This document shows, piece by piece, positions 33,001 through 48,000 of a stretch of DNA of 64,000 nt. Positions within the stretch are counted from its first letter, which is position 1. Each line of letters begins with the position of its first letter. This DNA comes from Eledone cirrhosa (Eukaryota): the NCBI GenBank assembly GCA_964016885.1, contig OZ024742.1:10974001-11038000 (forward strand). Direction: 5' to 3'. The position numbers and the translations under genes were made by a program. The notes beneath the pieces are model-generated. The model saw nothing but the letters and a program-made list of their open reading frames with translations. It made no database searches and had not been told where the DNA came from.

Positions 33001-36000
33001 TATGTAATGTTGTGTAGCTCAATATTCTGTGGATTGTTGTGTAGTATGTTCTATCTATGTACTGTTGTGTAGCTCAATATTCTGTGGACTGTTGTGTAGT
33101 ATGTTCTCTGTATGTACTGTTGTGTAGCTCAATATTCTGTGGACTGTTGTGTAGTATGTTCTCTTTATGTACTGTTGTGTAGCTCAATATTCTGTGGATT
33201 GTTGTGTAGTATGTTCTCTCTATGTACTGTTGTGTAGCTCAATATTCTGTGGACTGTTGTGTGGTATGTTCTCTCTATGTACTGTTGTATAGCTCAATAT
33301 TCTGTGGACTGTTGTGTAGTATGTTCTCTTTAGGTACTGTTGTGTAGCTCAATATTCTGTAGACTGTTGTGTAGTATGTTCTCTTTATGTACTGTTGTGT
33401 AGCTCAATATTCTGTGGACTGTTGTGTGGTATGTTCTCTCTATGTACTGTTGTATAGCTCAATATTCTGTGGACTGTTGTGTAGTATGTTCTCTCTAGGT
33501 ACTGTTGTGTAGCTCAATTTTCTGTGGACTGTTGTGTAGTATGTTCTATTTATGTACTGTTGTGTAGCTCAATATTCTGTGGACTGTTGTGTGGTATGTT
33601 CTCTCTATGTACTGTTGTATATCTCAATATTCTGTGGACTGTTGTGTGGTATGTTCTCTCTATGTACTGTTGTGTAGCTCAATTTTCTGTGGACTGTTGT
33701 GTAGTATGTTCTCTTTATGTACTGTTGTGTAGCTCAATATTCTGTGGACTGTTGTGTAGTACGTTCTCTCTATGTACTGTTGTGCAGCTCAATATTTTGT
33801 GGACTGTTGTGTAGTATGTTCTCTTTATGTATTGTGTAGCTCAATATTCTTTGGACTTGTGTATGTTCTCTCTATGTACTGTTGTGTAGCTTAATATTCT
33901 GTGGACCGTTGTGTATTAGGTTCTCTCTATGTACTGTTGTGTAGCTCAATATTCTGTGGACTGTTGTGCAGTATGTTCTCTTTATCTACTGTTGTGTAGC
34001 TCAATATACTGTGGACTGTTATGTAGTATGTTCTCTTTATGTACTGTTGTGTAGCTCAATATTCTGTGGACAGTGGTGTCGTATGTTCTCTTTATGTACT
34101 GTTGTGTAGCTCAACATTCTGTGGACTGTTGTGTGGTATATTCTCTCTATGTACTGTTGTGCAGCTCAATATTCTGTGGATTGTTGTGTAGTATGTTCTC
34201 TCTATGTACTGTTGAGTAACTTAATATTCTGTGGACCGTTTTGTAGTATGTTCTCTCTATGTACTGTTGTATAGCTCAATATTCTGTGGACTGTTGTGTA
34301 GTATGTTCTCTGTAGGTACTGTTGTGTAGCTCAATATTCTATGGAGTGTTGTGTAGTATGTTCTCTCTACCTACTGTTGTGTAGCTCAATATTCTGTGGA
34401 CTGTTGTGTAGTATGTTCTCTCTACGTACTGTTGTGTAGCTCAATATTCTGGGGACTGTTGTGTAGTATGTTCTCTTTATGTACTGTTGTGTAGCTCAAT
34501 ATTCTGTGGACTGTTGTGTAGTATGTTCTCTTTAGGTACTGTTGTGTAGCTCAATATTCTGTGGACTATTGTGTAGTATGTTCTCTCTATGTACTGTTGT
34601 GTAGCTCAATATATTGTGGACTGTTGTGTAGTATGTTCTCTTTATGTATTGTGTAGCTCAATATTCTGTAGACTGTTGTGTATGTTCTCTCTATGTATGT
34701 TCTGTAGCTCAATATTCTGTGGACTGTTGTGTAGTTCAATATTCTGTGGACTGTTGTGTATGTTCTCTCTATGTACTGTTGTGTAGCTCAATATTCTGTG
34801 GATTGTTGTGTAGTATCTTCTCTCTATGTACTGTTGTGTAACTCAATATTCTGTGGACTGTTGTGTGGTATGTTCTCTCTAAGTACTGTTGTGTAGTTCA
34901 ATATTCTGTGGACTTTTGTGTAATATATTCTCTCTATGTACTGTTGTGTAGTTCAATATTCTGTGGACTGTTGTGTAGTATGTTCTCTCTATGTATTGTT
35001 GTGTGCTCAATATTCTGTGGATTTTTGTGTAGTATGTTCTCTCTATGTACTGTTGTGTAGCTCAATATTCTGGGGACTGTTGTGTAGTATGTTCTCTCTA
35101 TGTACTGTTGTGTAGCTCAATATTCTGTGGACTGTTGTGTAGTATGTTCTATTTATGTACTGTTGTGTAGCTCAATATTCTGTGGACTGTTGTGTAGTAT
35201 GTTCTCTTTAGGTACTGTTGTGTAGCTCAATATTCTGTGGACTGTTGTGTAGTATGTTCTCTCTATGTACTGTTGCGTAACTCAATATTCTGTGGTCTGT
35301 TGTGTAGTATGTTCTCTCTATGTACTGTTGTGTAGCTCAATATTCTGTGGACTGTTATGTAGATGTTCTCTTTATGTACTGTTGTGTAGCTCAATATTCT
35401 GTGGACTGTTGTGTAGTATGTTCTCTCTATGTACTGTTGTGTAGCTCAATATTTTGTGGACTGTTGTGTAGTATGTTCTCTTTATGTATTGTGTAGTTCA
35501 ATATTCTGTGGACTGTTGTGTATCTTCTCTCTCTGTATGTTCTGTAGCTCAATATTCTGTGGACTGTTGTGTAGTATATTCTCTCTATGTACTGTTGTGT
35601 AGTTCAATATTCTGTGGACTGTTGTGTCGTATGTTCTCTCTATGTACTGTTGTGTAGCTCAATATTCTGTGGATTGTTGTGTAGTATGTTCTCTCTATGT
35701 ACTGTTGTGTAACTCAATATTATGTGGACTGTGGTGTAGTTTAATATTCTGTGGACTGTTGTGTAGCTCAATATTCTGTGGAGTGTTGTGTAGTATGTTC
35801 TCTCTATGTACTGTTGTGTAGCTCAATATTCTGTGGACTGTTGTTTAGTATGTTCTCTGTAGGTACTGTTGTGTAGCTCAATATTCTATGGAGTGTTGTG
35901 TAGTATGTTCTCTCTACCTACTGTTGTGTAGCTCAATATTCTGTGGACTGTTTGGTAGTATGTTCTCTCTATGTACTGTTGTGTAGCTCAATATTCTGGG

Positions 36001-39000
36001 GACTGTTGTATAGTATGTTCTCTTTATGTACTGTTGTGTAGCTCAATATTCTGTGGACTGTTGTGTAGTATGTTCTCTTTAGGTACTGTTGTGTAGCTCA
36101 ATATTCTGTGGACTATTGTGTAGTATGTTCTCTCTATGTACTGTTGTGTAGCTCAATATTATGTGGACTGTTGTGTAGTATGTTCTCTTTATGTATTGTG
36201 TAGCTCAATATTCTCTGGACTGTTGTGTATTTTCTCTCTAAGTACTGTTGTGTAGTTCAATATTCTGTGGACTGTTGTGTAGTATGTTCTGTCTATGTAC
36301 TGTTGTGTGCTCAATATTCTGTGGATTTTTGTGTAGTATGTTCTCTCTATGTACTGTTGTGTAACTTAATATTCTGTGGACTGTTGTGTAGTATGTTCTC
36401 TCTATGTACTGTCTGTTGTGTAGCTCAATATTCTGGGGACTTTTGTGTAGTATGTTCTCTCTATGTACTGTTGTGTAGCTCAATATTCTGTGGACTGTTG
36501 TGTAGTATGTTCTCTTTATGTACTGTTGTGTAGCTCAATATTCTGTGGACTGTTGTGTAGTATGTTCTCTCTATGTACTTTTGTGTAGCTCAATATTTTG
36601 TGGACTGTTGTGTAGTATGTTCTCTTTATGTATTGTGTAGCTCAATATTCTGTGGACTGTTGTGTATGTTCTCTCTATGTATGTTCTGTAGCTCAATATT
36701 CTGTGGACTGTTGTGTAGTATGTTCTCTCTAGGTACTGTTGTGTAACTCAATATTCTGTGGACTGTTGTGTAGTATGTTCGCTCTATGTACTGTTGTGTA
36801 GCTCAATATTCTGTGTACTGTTGTGTGGTATGTTCTCTCTATGTACTGTTGTGTAGCTAAATATTCTGTGGATTGTTGTGTAGTATGTTCTCCTTATGTG
36901 CTGTTGTGTAGCTCAATATTCTGTGGACTGTTGTGTAGTATGTTCTCTCTATGTACTGTTGTGTAGCTCAATATTCTGTGGACTGTTGTGTAGCATGTTC
37001 TCTCTATGTACTGTTGTGTAGCTCAATATTCTGTGTAATGTTGTGTGGTATGTTTTCTCTATGTACTGTGGGTAGTTCAATATTCTGTGGACTGTTGTGT
37101 AGTATGTTCTCTTTATGTACTGTTGTGTAGCTCAATATTCTGTGGACTGTTGTGTAGCTCAATATTCTGTGGAGTGTTGTGTAGTATATTCTCTCTATGT
37201 ACTGTTGTGTAGCTCAATATTCTGTGGACTGTTGTTTAGTATGTTCTCTGTAGGTACTGTTGTGTAGCTCAATATTCTGTGGACTGTTGTGTAGTATATT
37301 CTCTCTATGTACTGTTGTGTAGCTCAATATTCTGTGTACTGTTGTGCGATATGTTTTCTCTATGTACTGTTGTGTAGCTCAATATTCTGTGGATTGTTGT
37401 GTAGTATGTTCTCTTTATGTACTGTTGTGTAGCTCAATATTCTGTTGACTGTTGTGTAGTATGTTCTCTCTATGTACTGTTGTGAAGCTCAACATTCTGT
37501 GGACTGTTCTGTAGTATGTTCTCTCTATGTACTGTTGTGTAGCTCAATATTCTGTGGACTGTTGTGTAGTATGTTCTATTTATGTACTGTTGTGTAGCTC
37601 AATATTCTGTGGACTGTTGTGTAGTATGTTCTCTTTAGGTACTGTTGTGTAGCTCAATATTCTGTGGACTGTTGTGTAGTATGTTCTCTCTATGTACTGT
37701 TGCGTAACTCAATATTCTGTGGTCTGTTGTGTAGTATGTTCTCTCTATGTACTGTTGTGTAGCTCAATATTCTGTGGACTGTTATGTAGATGTTCTCTTT
37801 ATGTACTGTTGTGTAGCTCAATATTCTGTGGACTGTTGTGTAGTATGTTCTCTCTATGTACTGTTGTGTAGCTCAATATTTTGTGGACTGTTGTGTAGTA
37901 TGTTCTCTTTATGTATTGTGTAGTTCAATATTCTGTGGACTGTTGTGTATCTTCTCTCTCTGTATGTTCTGTAGCTCAATATTCTGTGGACTGTTGTGTA
38001 GTATATTCTCTCTATGTACTGTTGTGTAGTTCAATATTCTGTGGACTGTTGTGTCGTATGTTCTCTCTATGTACTGTTGTGTAGCTCAATATTCTGTGGA
38101 TTGTTGTGTAGTATGTTCTCTCTATGTACTGTTGTGTAACTCAATATTATGTGGACTGTGGTGTAGTTTAATATTCTGTGGACTGTTGTGTAGCTCAATA
38201 TTCTGTGGAGTGTTGTGTAGTATGTTCTCTCTATGTACTGTTGTGTAGCTCAATATTCTGTGGACTGTTGTGTGGTATGTTCTCTCTATGTACTGTTGTA
38301 TAGCTCAATATTCTGTGGACTGTTGTGTAGTATGTTCTCTTTAGGTACTGTTGTGTAGCTCAATATTCTGTAGACTGTTGTGTAGTATGTTCTCTCTATG
38401 TACTGTTGTGTAGCTCAATATTCTGTGGACTGTTGTGTAGTATGTTCTATCTATGTACTGTTGTGTAGCTCAATATTCTGTGGACTGTTGTGTGTGTATG
38501 TTCTCTCTATGTACTGTTGTGTAGCTCAATATACTGTGGACTGTTGTGTAGTATGTTCTCTTTATGTACTGTTGTGTAGCTCAATATTCTTTGGACTGTT
38601 GTCTAGTATGTTCTCTCTAGGTACTGTTGTGTAACTCAATATTCTGTGGACTGTTGTGTAGTTTGTTCGCTCTATGTACTGTTGTGTAGCTCAATATTCT
38701 GTGGACTGTTGTGTGGTATGTTCTCTCTATGTACTGTTGTGTAGCTCAATATTCTGTGGACTGTTGTGTAGTATGTTCTCTTTATGTACTGTTGTGTAGC
38801 TCAATATTCTGTGGACTGTTGTCTAGTATGTTCTCTCTATGTACTGTTGTGTAGCTCAATATTTTGTGGACTGTTGTGTAGTATGTTCTCTTTATGTATT
38901 GTGTAGCTCAATATTCTGTGGACTGTTGTGTATGTTCTCTCTATGTACTGTTGTGTAGCTCAATATTATGTGGACTGTTGTTTAGTATATTCTCTCTATG

Positions 39001-42000
39001 TACTGTTGTGTAGTTCAATATTCTGTGGACTGTTGTGTAGTATGTTCTCTGTATGTACTGTTGTGTAGCTCAATATTCTGTGGACTGTTGTGTAGTATGT
39101 TCTCTGTATGTACTGTTGTGTAGCTCAATATTCTGTGGACTGTTGTGTAGTATGTTCTCTCTATGTACTGTTGTGTAGCTCAATATTCTGTGGATTGTTG
39201 TGTAGTATGTTCTCTCTATGTACTGTTGTGTAGCTCAATATTCTGTGGACTGTTGTGTGGTATGTTCTCTCTATGTACTGTTGTATAGCTCAATATTCTG
39301 TGGACTGTTGTGTAGTATGTTCTCTTTAGGTACTGTTGTGTAGCTCAATATTCTGTAGACTGTTGTGTAGTATGTTCTCTCTATGTACTGTTGTGTAGCT
39401 CAATATTCTGTGGACTGTTGTGTAGTATGTTCTATCTATGTACTGTTGTGTAGCTCAATATTCTGTGGACTGTTGTGTAGTATGTTCTCTGTATGTACTG
39501 TTGTGTAGCTCAATATTCTGTGGACTGTTGTGTAGTATGTTCTCTCTATGTAGTGTTGTGTAGCTCAATATTCTGTGGATTGTTGTGTAGTATGTTCTCT
39601 CTATGTACTGTTGTGTAGCTCAATATTCTGTGGACTGTTGTGTGGTATGTTCTCTCTATGTACTGTTGTATAGCTCAATATTCTGTGGACTGTTGTGTAG
39701 TATGTTCTCTTTAGGTACTGTTGTGTAGCTCAATATTCTGTAGACTGTTGTGTAGTATGTTCTCTTTATGTACTGTTGTGTAGCTCAATATTCTGTGGAC
39801 TGTTGTGTGGTATGTTCTCTCTATGTACTGTTGTATAGCTCAATATTCTGTGGACTGTTGTGTAGTATGTTCTCTCTAGGTACTGTTGTGTAGCTCAATT
39901 TTCTGTGGACTGTTGTGTAGTATGTTCTCTTTATGTACTGTTGTGTAGCTCAATATTCTGTAGACTGTTGTGTAGTATGTTCTCTCTATGTACTGTTGTG
40001 TAGCTCAATATTCTGTGGACTGTTGTGTGGTATGTTCTCTCTATGTACTGTTGTATAGCTCAATATTCTGTGGACTTGTGTGGTATGTTCTCTCTATGTA
40101 CTGTTGTGTAGCTCAATTTTCTGTGGACTGTTGTGTAGTATATTCTCTTTATGTACTGTTGTGTAGCTCAATATTCTGTGGACTGTTGTGTAGTACGTTC
40201 TCTCTATGTACTGTTGTGTAGCTCAATATATTGTGGACTGTTGTGTAGTATGTTCTCTTTATGTATTGTGTAGCTCAATATTCTTTGGACTTGTGTATGT
40301 TCTCTCTATGTACTGTTGAGTAGCTTAATATTCTGTGGACTGTTGTGTAGTATGTTTACTCTATGTACTGTTGTGTAGCTCAATATTCTGTGGATTGTTG
40401 TGTAGTATGTTCTCTCTATGTACTGTTGTGTAACTCAATATTCTGTGGACCGTTGTGTAGTAGGTTCTCTCTATGTACTGTTGTGTAGCTCAATATTCTG
40501 TGGACTGTTATGTAGTATGTTCTCTTTATGTACTGTTGTGTAGCTCAATATTCTGTGGACTGTGGTGTCGTATATTCTCTCTATGTACTGTTGTGTAGCT
40601 CAATATTTTGTGGACTGTTGTGTAGTATGTTATCTTTATGTATTGTGTAGCTCAATATTCTGTGGACTGTTGTGTATGTTCTCTCTATGTATGTTCTGTA
40701 GCTCAATATTCTGTGGACTGTTGTGTAGTTCAATATTCTGTGGACTGTTGTGTATGTTCTCTCTATGTACTGTTGTGTAGCTCAATATTCTGTGGATTGT
40801 TGTGTAGTATCTTCTCACTATGTACTGTTGTGTAACTCAATATTCTGTGGACTGTTGTGTGGTATGTTCTCTCTGTGTACTGTTGTGTAGCTCAATATTC
40901 TATGGAGTGTTGTGTAGTATGTTCTCTCTATGTACTGTTGTGTAGCTCAATATTCTGTGGACTGTTGTTTAGTATGTTCTCTGTAGGTACTGTTGTGTAG
41001 CTCAATATTCTATGGAGTGTTGTGTAGTATGTTCTCTCTACCTACTGTTGTGTAGCTCAATATTCTGTGGACTGTTGTGTAGTATGTTCTCTCTACGTAC
41101 TGTTGTGTAGCTCAATATTCTGGGGACTGTTGTGTAGTATGTTCTCTTTATGTACTGTTGTGTAGCTCAATATTCTGTGGACTGTTGTGTAGTATGTTCT
41201 CTTTAGGTACTGTTGTGTAGCTCAATATTCTGTGGACTATTGTGTAGTATGTTCTCTCTATGTACTGTTGTGTAGCTCAATATATTGTGGACTGTTGTGT
41301 AGTATGTTCTCTTTATGTATTGTGTAGCTCAATATTCTGTAGACTGTTGTGTATGTTCTCTCTATGTATGTTCTGTAGCTCAATATTCTGTGGACTGTTG
41401 TGTAGTTCAATATTCTGTGGACTGTTGTGTATGTTCTCTCTATGTACTGTTGTGTAGCTCAATATTCTGTGGATTGTTGTGTAGTATCTTCTCTCTATGT
41501 ACTGTTGTGTAACTCAATATTCTGTGGACTGTTGTGTGGTATGTTCTCTCTAAGTACTGTTGTGTAGTTCAATATTCTGTGGACTTTTGTGTAATATATT
41601 CTCTCTATGTACTGTTGTGTAGTTCAATATTCTGTGGACTGTTGTGTAGTATGTTCTCTCTATGTATTGTTGTGTGCTCAATATTCTGTGGATTTTTGTG
41701 TAGTATGTTCTCTCTATGTACTGTTGTGTAGCTCAATATTCTGGGGACTGTTGTGTAGTATGTTCTCTCTATGTACTGTTGTGTAGCTCAATATTCTGTG
41801 GACTGTTGTGTAGTATGTTCTATTTATGTACTGTTGTGTAGCTCAATATTCTGTGGACTGTTGTGTAGTATGTTCTCTTTAGGTACTGTTGTGTAGCTCA
41901 ATATTCTGTGGACTGTTGTGTAGTATGTTCTCTCTATGTACTGTTGCGTAACTCAATATTCTGTGGTCTGTTGTGTAGTATGTTCTCTCTATGTACTGTT

Positions 42001-45000
42001 GTGTAGCTCAATATTCTGTGGACTGTTATGTAGATGTTCTCTTTATGTACTGTTGTGTAGCTCAATATTCTGTGGACTGTTGTGTAGTATGTTCTCTCTA
42101 TGTACTGTTGTGTAGCTCAATATTTTGTGGACTGTTGTGTAGTATGTTCTCTTTATGTATTGTGTAGTTCAATATTCTGTGGACTGTTGTGTATCTTCTC
42201 TCTCTGTATGTTCTGTAGCTCAATATTCTGTGGACTGTTGTGTAGTATATTCTCTCTATGTACTGTTGTGTAGTTCAATATTCTGTGGACTGTTGTGTCG
42301 TATGTTCTCTCTATGTACTGTTGTGTAGCTCAATATTCTGTGGATTGTTGTGTAGTATGTTCTCTCTATGTACTGTTGTGTAACTCAATATTATGTGGAC
42401 TGTGGTGTAGTTTAATATTCTGTGGACTGTTGTGTAGCTCAATATTCTGTGGAGTGTTGTGTAGTATGTTCTCTCTATGTACTGTTGTGTAGCTCAATAT
42501 TCTGTGGACTGTTGTTTAGTATGTTCTCTGTAGGTACTGTTGTGTAGCTCAATATTCTATGGAGTGTTGTGTAGTATGTTCTCTCTACCTACTGTTGTGT
42601 AGCTCAATATTCTGTGGACTGTTTGGTAGTATGTTCTCTCTATGTACTGTTGTGTAGCTCAATATTCTGGGGACTGTTGTATAGTATGTTCTCTTTATGT
42701 ACTGTTGTGTAGCTCAATATTCTGTGGACTGTTGTGTAGTATGTTCTCTTTAGGTACTGTTGTGTAGCTCAATATTCTGTGGACTATTGTGTAGTATGTT
42801 CTCTCTATGTACTGTTGTGTAGCTCAATATTATGTGGACTGTTGTGTAGTATGTTCTCTTTATGTATTGTGTAGCTCAATATTCTCTGGACTGTTGTGTA
42901 TTTTCTCTCTAAGTACTGTTGTGTAGTTCAATATTCTGTGGACTGTTGTGTAGTATGTTCTGTCTATGTACTGTTGTGTGCTCAATATTCTGTGGATTTT
43001 TGTGTAGTATGTTCTCTCTATGTACTGTTGTGTAACTTAATATTCTGTGGACTGTTGTGTAGTATGTTCTCTCTATGTACTGTCTGTTGTGTAGCTCAAT
43101 ATTCTGGGGACTTTTGTGTAGTATGTTCTCTCTATGTACTGTTGTGTAGCTCAATATTCTGTGGACTGTTGTGTAGTATGTTCTCTTTATGTACTGTTGT
43201 GTAGCTCAATATTCTGTGGACTGTTGTGTAGTATGTTCTCTCTATGTACTTTTGTGTAGCTCAATATTTTGTGGACTGTTGTGTAGTATGTTCTCTTTAT
43301 GTATTGTGTAGCTCAATATTCTGTGGACTGTTGTGTATGTTCTCTCTATGTATGTTCTGTAGCTCAATATTCTGTGGACTGTTGTGTAGTATGTTCTCTC
43401 TAGGTACTGTTGTGTAACTCAATATTCTGTGGACTGTTGTGTAGTATGTTCGCTCTATGTACTGTTGTGTAGCTCAATATTCTGTGTACTGTTGTGTGGT
43501 ATGTTCTCTCTATGTACTGTTGTGTAGCTAAATATTCTGTGGATTGTTGTGTAGTATGTTCTCCTTATGTGCTGTTGTGTAGCTCAATATTCTGTGGACT
43601 GTTGTGTAGTATGTTCTCTCTATGTACTGTTGTGTAGCTCAATATTCTGTGGACTGTTGTGTAGCATGTTCTCTCTATGTACTGTTGTGTAGCTCAATAT
43701 TCTGTGTAATGTTGTGTGGTATGTTTTCTCTATGTACTGTGGGTAGTTCAATATTCTGTGGACTGTTGTGTAGTATGTTCTCTTTATGTACTGTTGTGTA
43801 GCTCAATATTCTGTGGACTGTTGTGTAGCTCAATATTCTGTGGAGTGTTGTGTAGTATATTCTCTCTATGTACTGTTGTGTAGCTCAATATTCTGTGGAC
43901 TGTTGTTTAGTATGTTCTCTGTAGGTACTGTTGTGTAGCTCAATATTCTGTGGACTGTTGTGTAGTATATTCTCTCTATGTACTGTTGTGTAGCTCAATA
44001 TTCTGTGTACTGTTGTGCGATATGTTTTCTCTATGTACTGTTGTGTAGCTCAATATTCTGTGGATTGTTGTGTAGTATGTTCTCTTTATGTACTGTTGTG
44101 TAGCTCAATATTCTGTTGACTGTTGTGTAGTATGTTCTCTCTATGTACTGTTGTGAAGCTCAACATTCTGTGGACTGTTCTGTAGTATGTTCTCTCTATG
44201 TACTGTTGTGTAGCTCAATATTCTGTGGACTGTTGTGTAGTATGTTCTATTTATGTACTGTTGTGTAGCTCAATATTCTGTGGACTGTTGTGTAGTATGT
44301 TCTCTTTAGGTACTGTTGTGTAGCTCAATATTCTGTGGACTGTTGTGTAGTATGTTCTCTCTATGTACTGTTGCGTAACTCAATATTCTGTGGTCTGTTG
44401 TGTAGTATGTTCTCTCTATGTACTGTTGTGTAGCTCAATATTCTGTGGACTGTTATGTAGATGTTCTCTTTATGTACTGTTGTGTAGCTCAATATTCTGT
44501 GGACTGTTGTGTAGTATGTTCTCTCTATGTACTGTTGTGTAGCTCAATATTTTGTGGACTGTTGTGTAGTATGTTCTCTTTATGTATTGTGTAGTTCAAT
44601 ATTCTGTGGACTGTTGTGTATCTTCTCTCTCTGTATGTTCTGTAGCTCAATATTCTGTGGACTGTTGTGTAGTATATTCTCTCTATGTACTGTTGTGTAG
44701 TTCAATATTCTGTGGACTGTTGTGTCGTATGTTCTCTCTATGTACTGTTGTGTAGCTCAATATTCTGTGGATTGTTGTGTAGTATGTTCTCTCTATGTAC
44801 TGTTGTGTAACTCAATATTATGTGGACTGTGGTGTAGTTTAATATTCTGTGGACTGTTGTGTAGCTCAATATTCTGTGGAGTGTTGTGTAGTATGTTCTC
44901 TCTATGTACTGTTGTGTAGCTCAATATTCTGTGGACTGTTGTTTAGTATGTTCTCTGTAGGTACTGTTGTGTAGCTCAATATTCTATGGAGTGTTGTGTA

Positions 45001-48000
45001 GTATGTTCTCTCTACCTACTGTTGTGTAGCTCAATATTCTGTGGACTGTTGTGTAGTATGTTCTCTCTATGTACTGTTGTGTAGCTCAATATTCTGGGGA
45101 CTGTTGTATAGTATGTTCTCTTTATGTACTGTTGTGTAGCTCAATATTCTGTGGACTGTTGTGTAGTATGTTCTCTTTAGGTACTGTTGTGTAGCTCAAT
45201 ATTCTGTGGACTATTGTGTAGTATGTTCTCTCTATGTACTGTTGTGTAGCTCAATATTATGTGGACTGTTGTGTAGTATGTTCTCTTTATGTATTGTGTA
45301 GCTCAATATTCTCTGGACTGTTGTGTATTTTCTCTCTAAGTACTGTTGTGTAGTTCAATATTCTGTGGACTGTTGTGTAGTATGTTCTGTCTATGTACTG
45401 TTGTGTGCTCAATATTCTGTGGATTTTTGTGTAGTATGTTCTCTCTATGTACTGTTGTGTAACTTAATATTCTGTGGACTGTTGTGTAGTATGTTCTCTC
45501 TATGTACTGTCTGTTGTGTAGCTCAATATTCTGGGGACTTTTGTGTAGTATGTTCTCTCTATGTACTGTTGTGTAGCTCAATATTCTGTGGACTGTTGTG
45601 TAGTATGTTCTCTTTATGTACTGTTGTGTAGCTCAATATTCTGTGGACTGTTGTGTAGTATGTTCTCTCTATGTACTTTTGTGTAGCTCAATATTTTGTG
45701 GACTGTTGTGTAGTATGTTCTCTTTATGTATTGTGTAGCTCAATATTCTGTGGACTGTTGTGTATGTTCTCTCTATGTATGTTCTGTAGCTCAATATTCT
45801 GTGGACTGTTGTGTAGTATGTTCTCTCTAGGTACTGTTGTGTAACTCAATATTCTGTGGACTGTTGTGTAGTATGTTCGCTCTATGTACTGTTGTGTAGC
45901 TCAATATTCTGTGTACTGTTGTGTGGTATGTTCTCTCTATGTACTGTTGTGTAGCTAAATATTCTGTGGATTGTTGTGTAGTATGTTCTCCTTATGTGCT
46001 GTTGTGTAGCTCAATATTCTGTGGACTGTTGTGTAGTATGTTCTCTCTATGTACTGTTGTGTAGCTCAATATTCTGTGGACTGTTGTGTAGCATGTTCTC
46101 TCTATGTACTGTTGTGTAGCTCAATATTCTGTGTAATGTTGTGTGGTATGTTTTCTCTATGTACTGTGGGTAGTTCAATATTCTGTGGACTGTTGTGTAG
46201 TATGTTCTCTTTATGTACTGTTGTGTAGCTCAATATTCTGTGGACTGTTGTGTAGCTCAATATTCTGTGGAGTGTTGTGTAGTATATTCTCTCTATGTAC
46301 TGTTGTGTAGCTCAATATTCTGTGGACTGTTGTTTAGTATGTTCTCTGTAGGTACTGTTGTGTAGCTCAATATTCTGTGGACTGTTGTGTAGTATATTCT
46401 CTCTATGTACTGTTGTGTAGCTCAATATTCTGTGTACTGTTGTGCGATATGTTTTCTCTATGTACTGTTGTGTAGCTCAATATTCTGTGGATTGTTGTGT
46501 AGTATGTTCTCTTTATGTACTGTTGTGTAGCTCAATATTCTGTTGACTGTTGTGTAGTATGTTCTCTCTATGTACTGTTGTGAAGCTCAACATTCTGTGG
46601 ACTGTTCTGTAGTATGTTCTCTCTATGTACTGTTGTGTAGCTCAATATTCTGTGGACTGTTGTGTAGTATGTTCTATTTATGTACTGTTGTGTAGCTCAA
46701 TATTCTGTGGACTGTTGTGTAGTATGTTCTCTTTAGGTACTGTTGTGTAGCTCAATATTCTGTGGACTGTTGTGTAGTATGTTCTCTCTATGTACTGTTG
46801 CGTAACTCAATATTCTGTGGTCTGTTGTGTAGTATGTTCTCTCTATGTACTGTTGTGTAGCTCAATATTCTGTGGACTGTTATGTAGATGTTCTCTTTAT
46901 GTACTGTTGTGTAGCTCAATATTCTGTGGACTGTTGTGTAGTATGTTCTCTCTATGTACTGTTGTGTAGCTCAATATTTTGTGGACTGTTGTGTAGTATG
47001 TTCTCTTTATGTATTGTGTAGTTCAATATTCTGTGGACTGTTGTGTATCTTCTCTCTCTGTATGTTCTGTAGCTCAATATTCTGTGGACTGTTGTGTAGT
47101 ATATTCTCTCTATGTACTGTTGTGTAGTTCAATATTCTGTGGACTGTTGTGTCGTATGTTCTCTCTATGTACTGTTGTGTAGCTCAATATTCTGTGGATT
47201 GTTGTGTAGTATGTTCTCTCTATGTACTGTTGTGTAACTCAATATTATGTGGACTGTGGTGTAGTTTAATATTCTGTGGACTGTTGTGTAGCTCAATATT
47301 CTGTGGAGTGTTGTGTAGTATGTTCTCTCTATGTACTGTTGTGTAGCTCAATATTCTGTGGACTGTTGTTTAGTATGTTCTCTGTAGGTACTGTTGTGTA
47401 GCTCAATATTCTATGGAGTGTTGTGTAGTATGTTCTCTCTACCTACTGTTGTGTAGCTCAATATTCTGTGGACTGTTGTGTAGTATGTTCTCTCTATGTA
47501 CTGTTGTGTAGCTCAATATTCTGGGGACTGTTGTATAGTATGTTCTCTTTATGTACTGTTGTGTAGCTCAATATTCTGTGGACTGTTGTGTAGTATGTTC
47601 TCTTTAGGTACTGTTGTGTAGCTCAATATTCTGTGGACTATTGTGTAGTATGTTCTCTCTATGTACTGTTGTGTAGCTCAATATTATGTGGACTGTTGTG
47701 TAGTATGTTCTCTTTATGTATTGTGTAGCTCAATATTCTCTGGACTGTTGTGTATTTTCTCTCTAAGTACTGTTGTGTAGTTCAATATTCTGTGGACTGT
47801 TGTGTAGTATGTTCTGTCTATGTACTGTTGTGTGCTCAATATTCTGTGGATTTTTGTGTAGTATGTTCTCTCTATGTACTGTTGTGTAACTTAATATTCT
47901 GTGGACTGTTGTGTAGTATGTTCTCTCTATGTACTGTCTGTTGTGTAGCTCAATATTCTGGGGACTTTTGTGTAGTATGTTCTCTCTATGTACTGTTGTG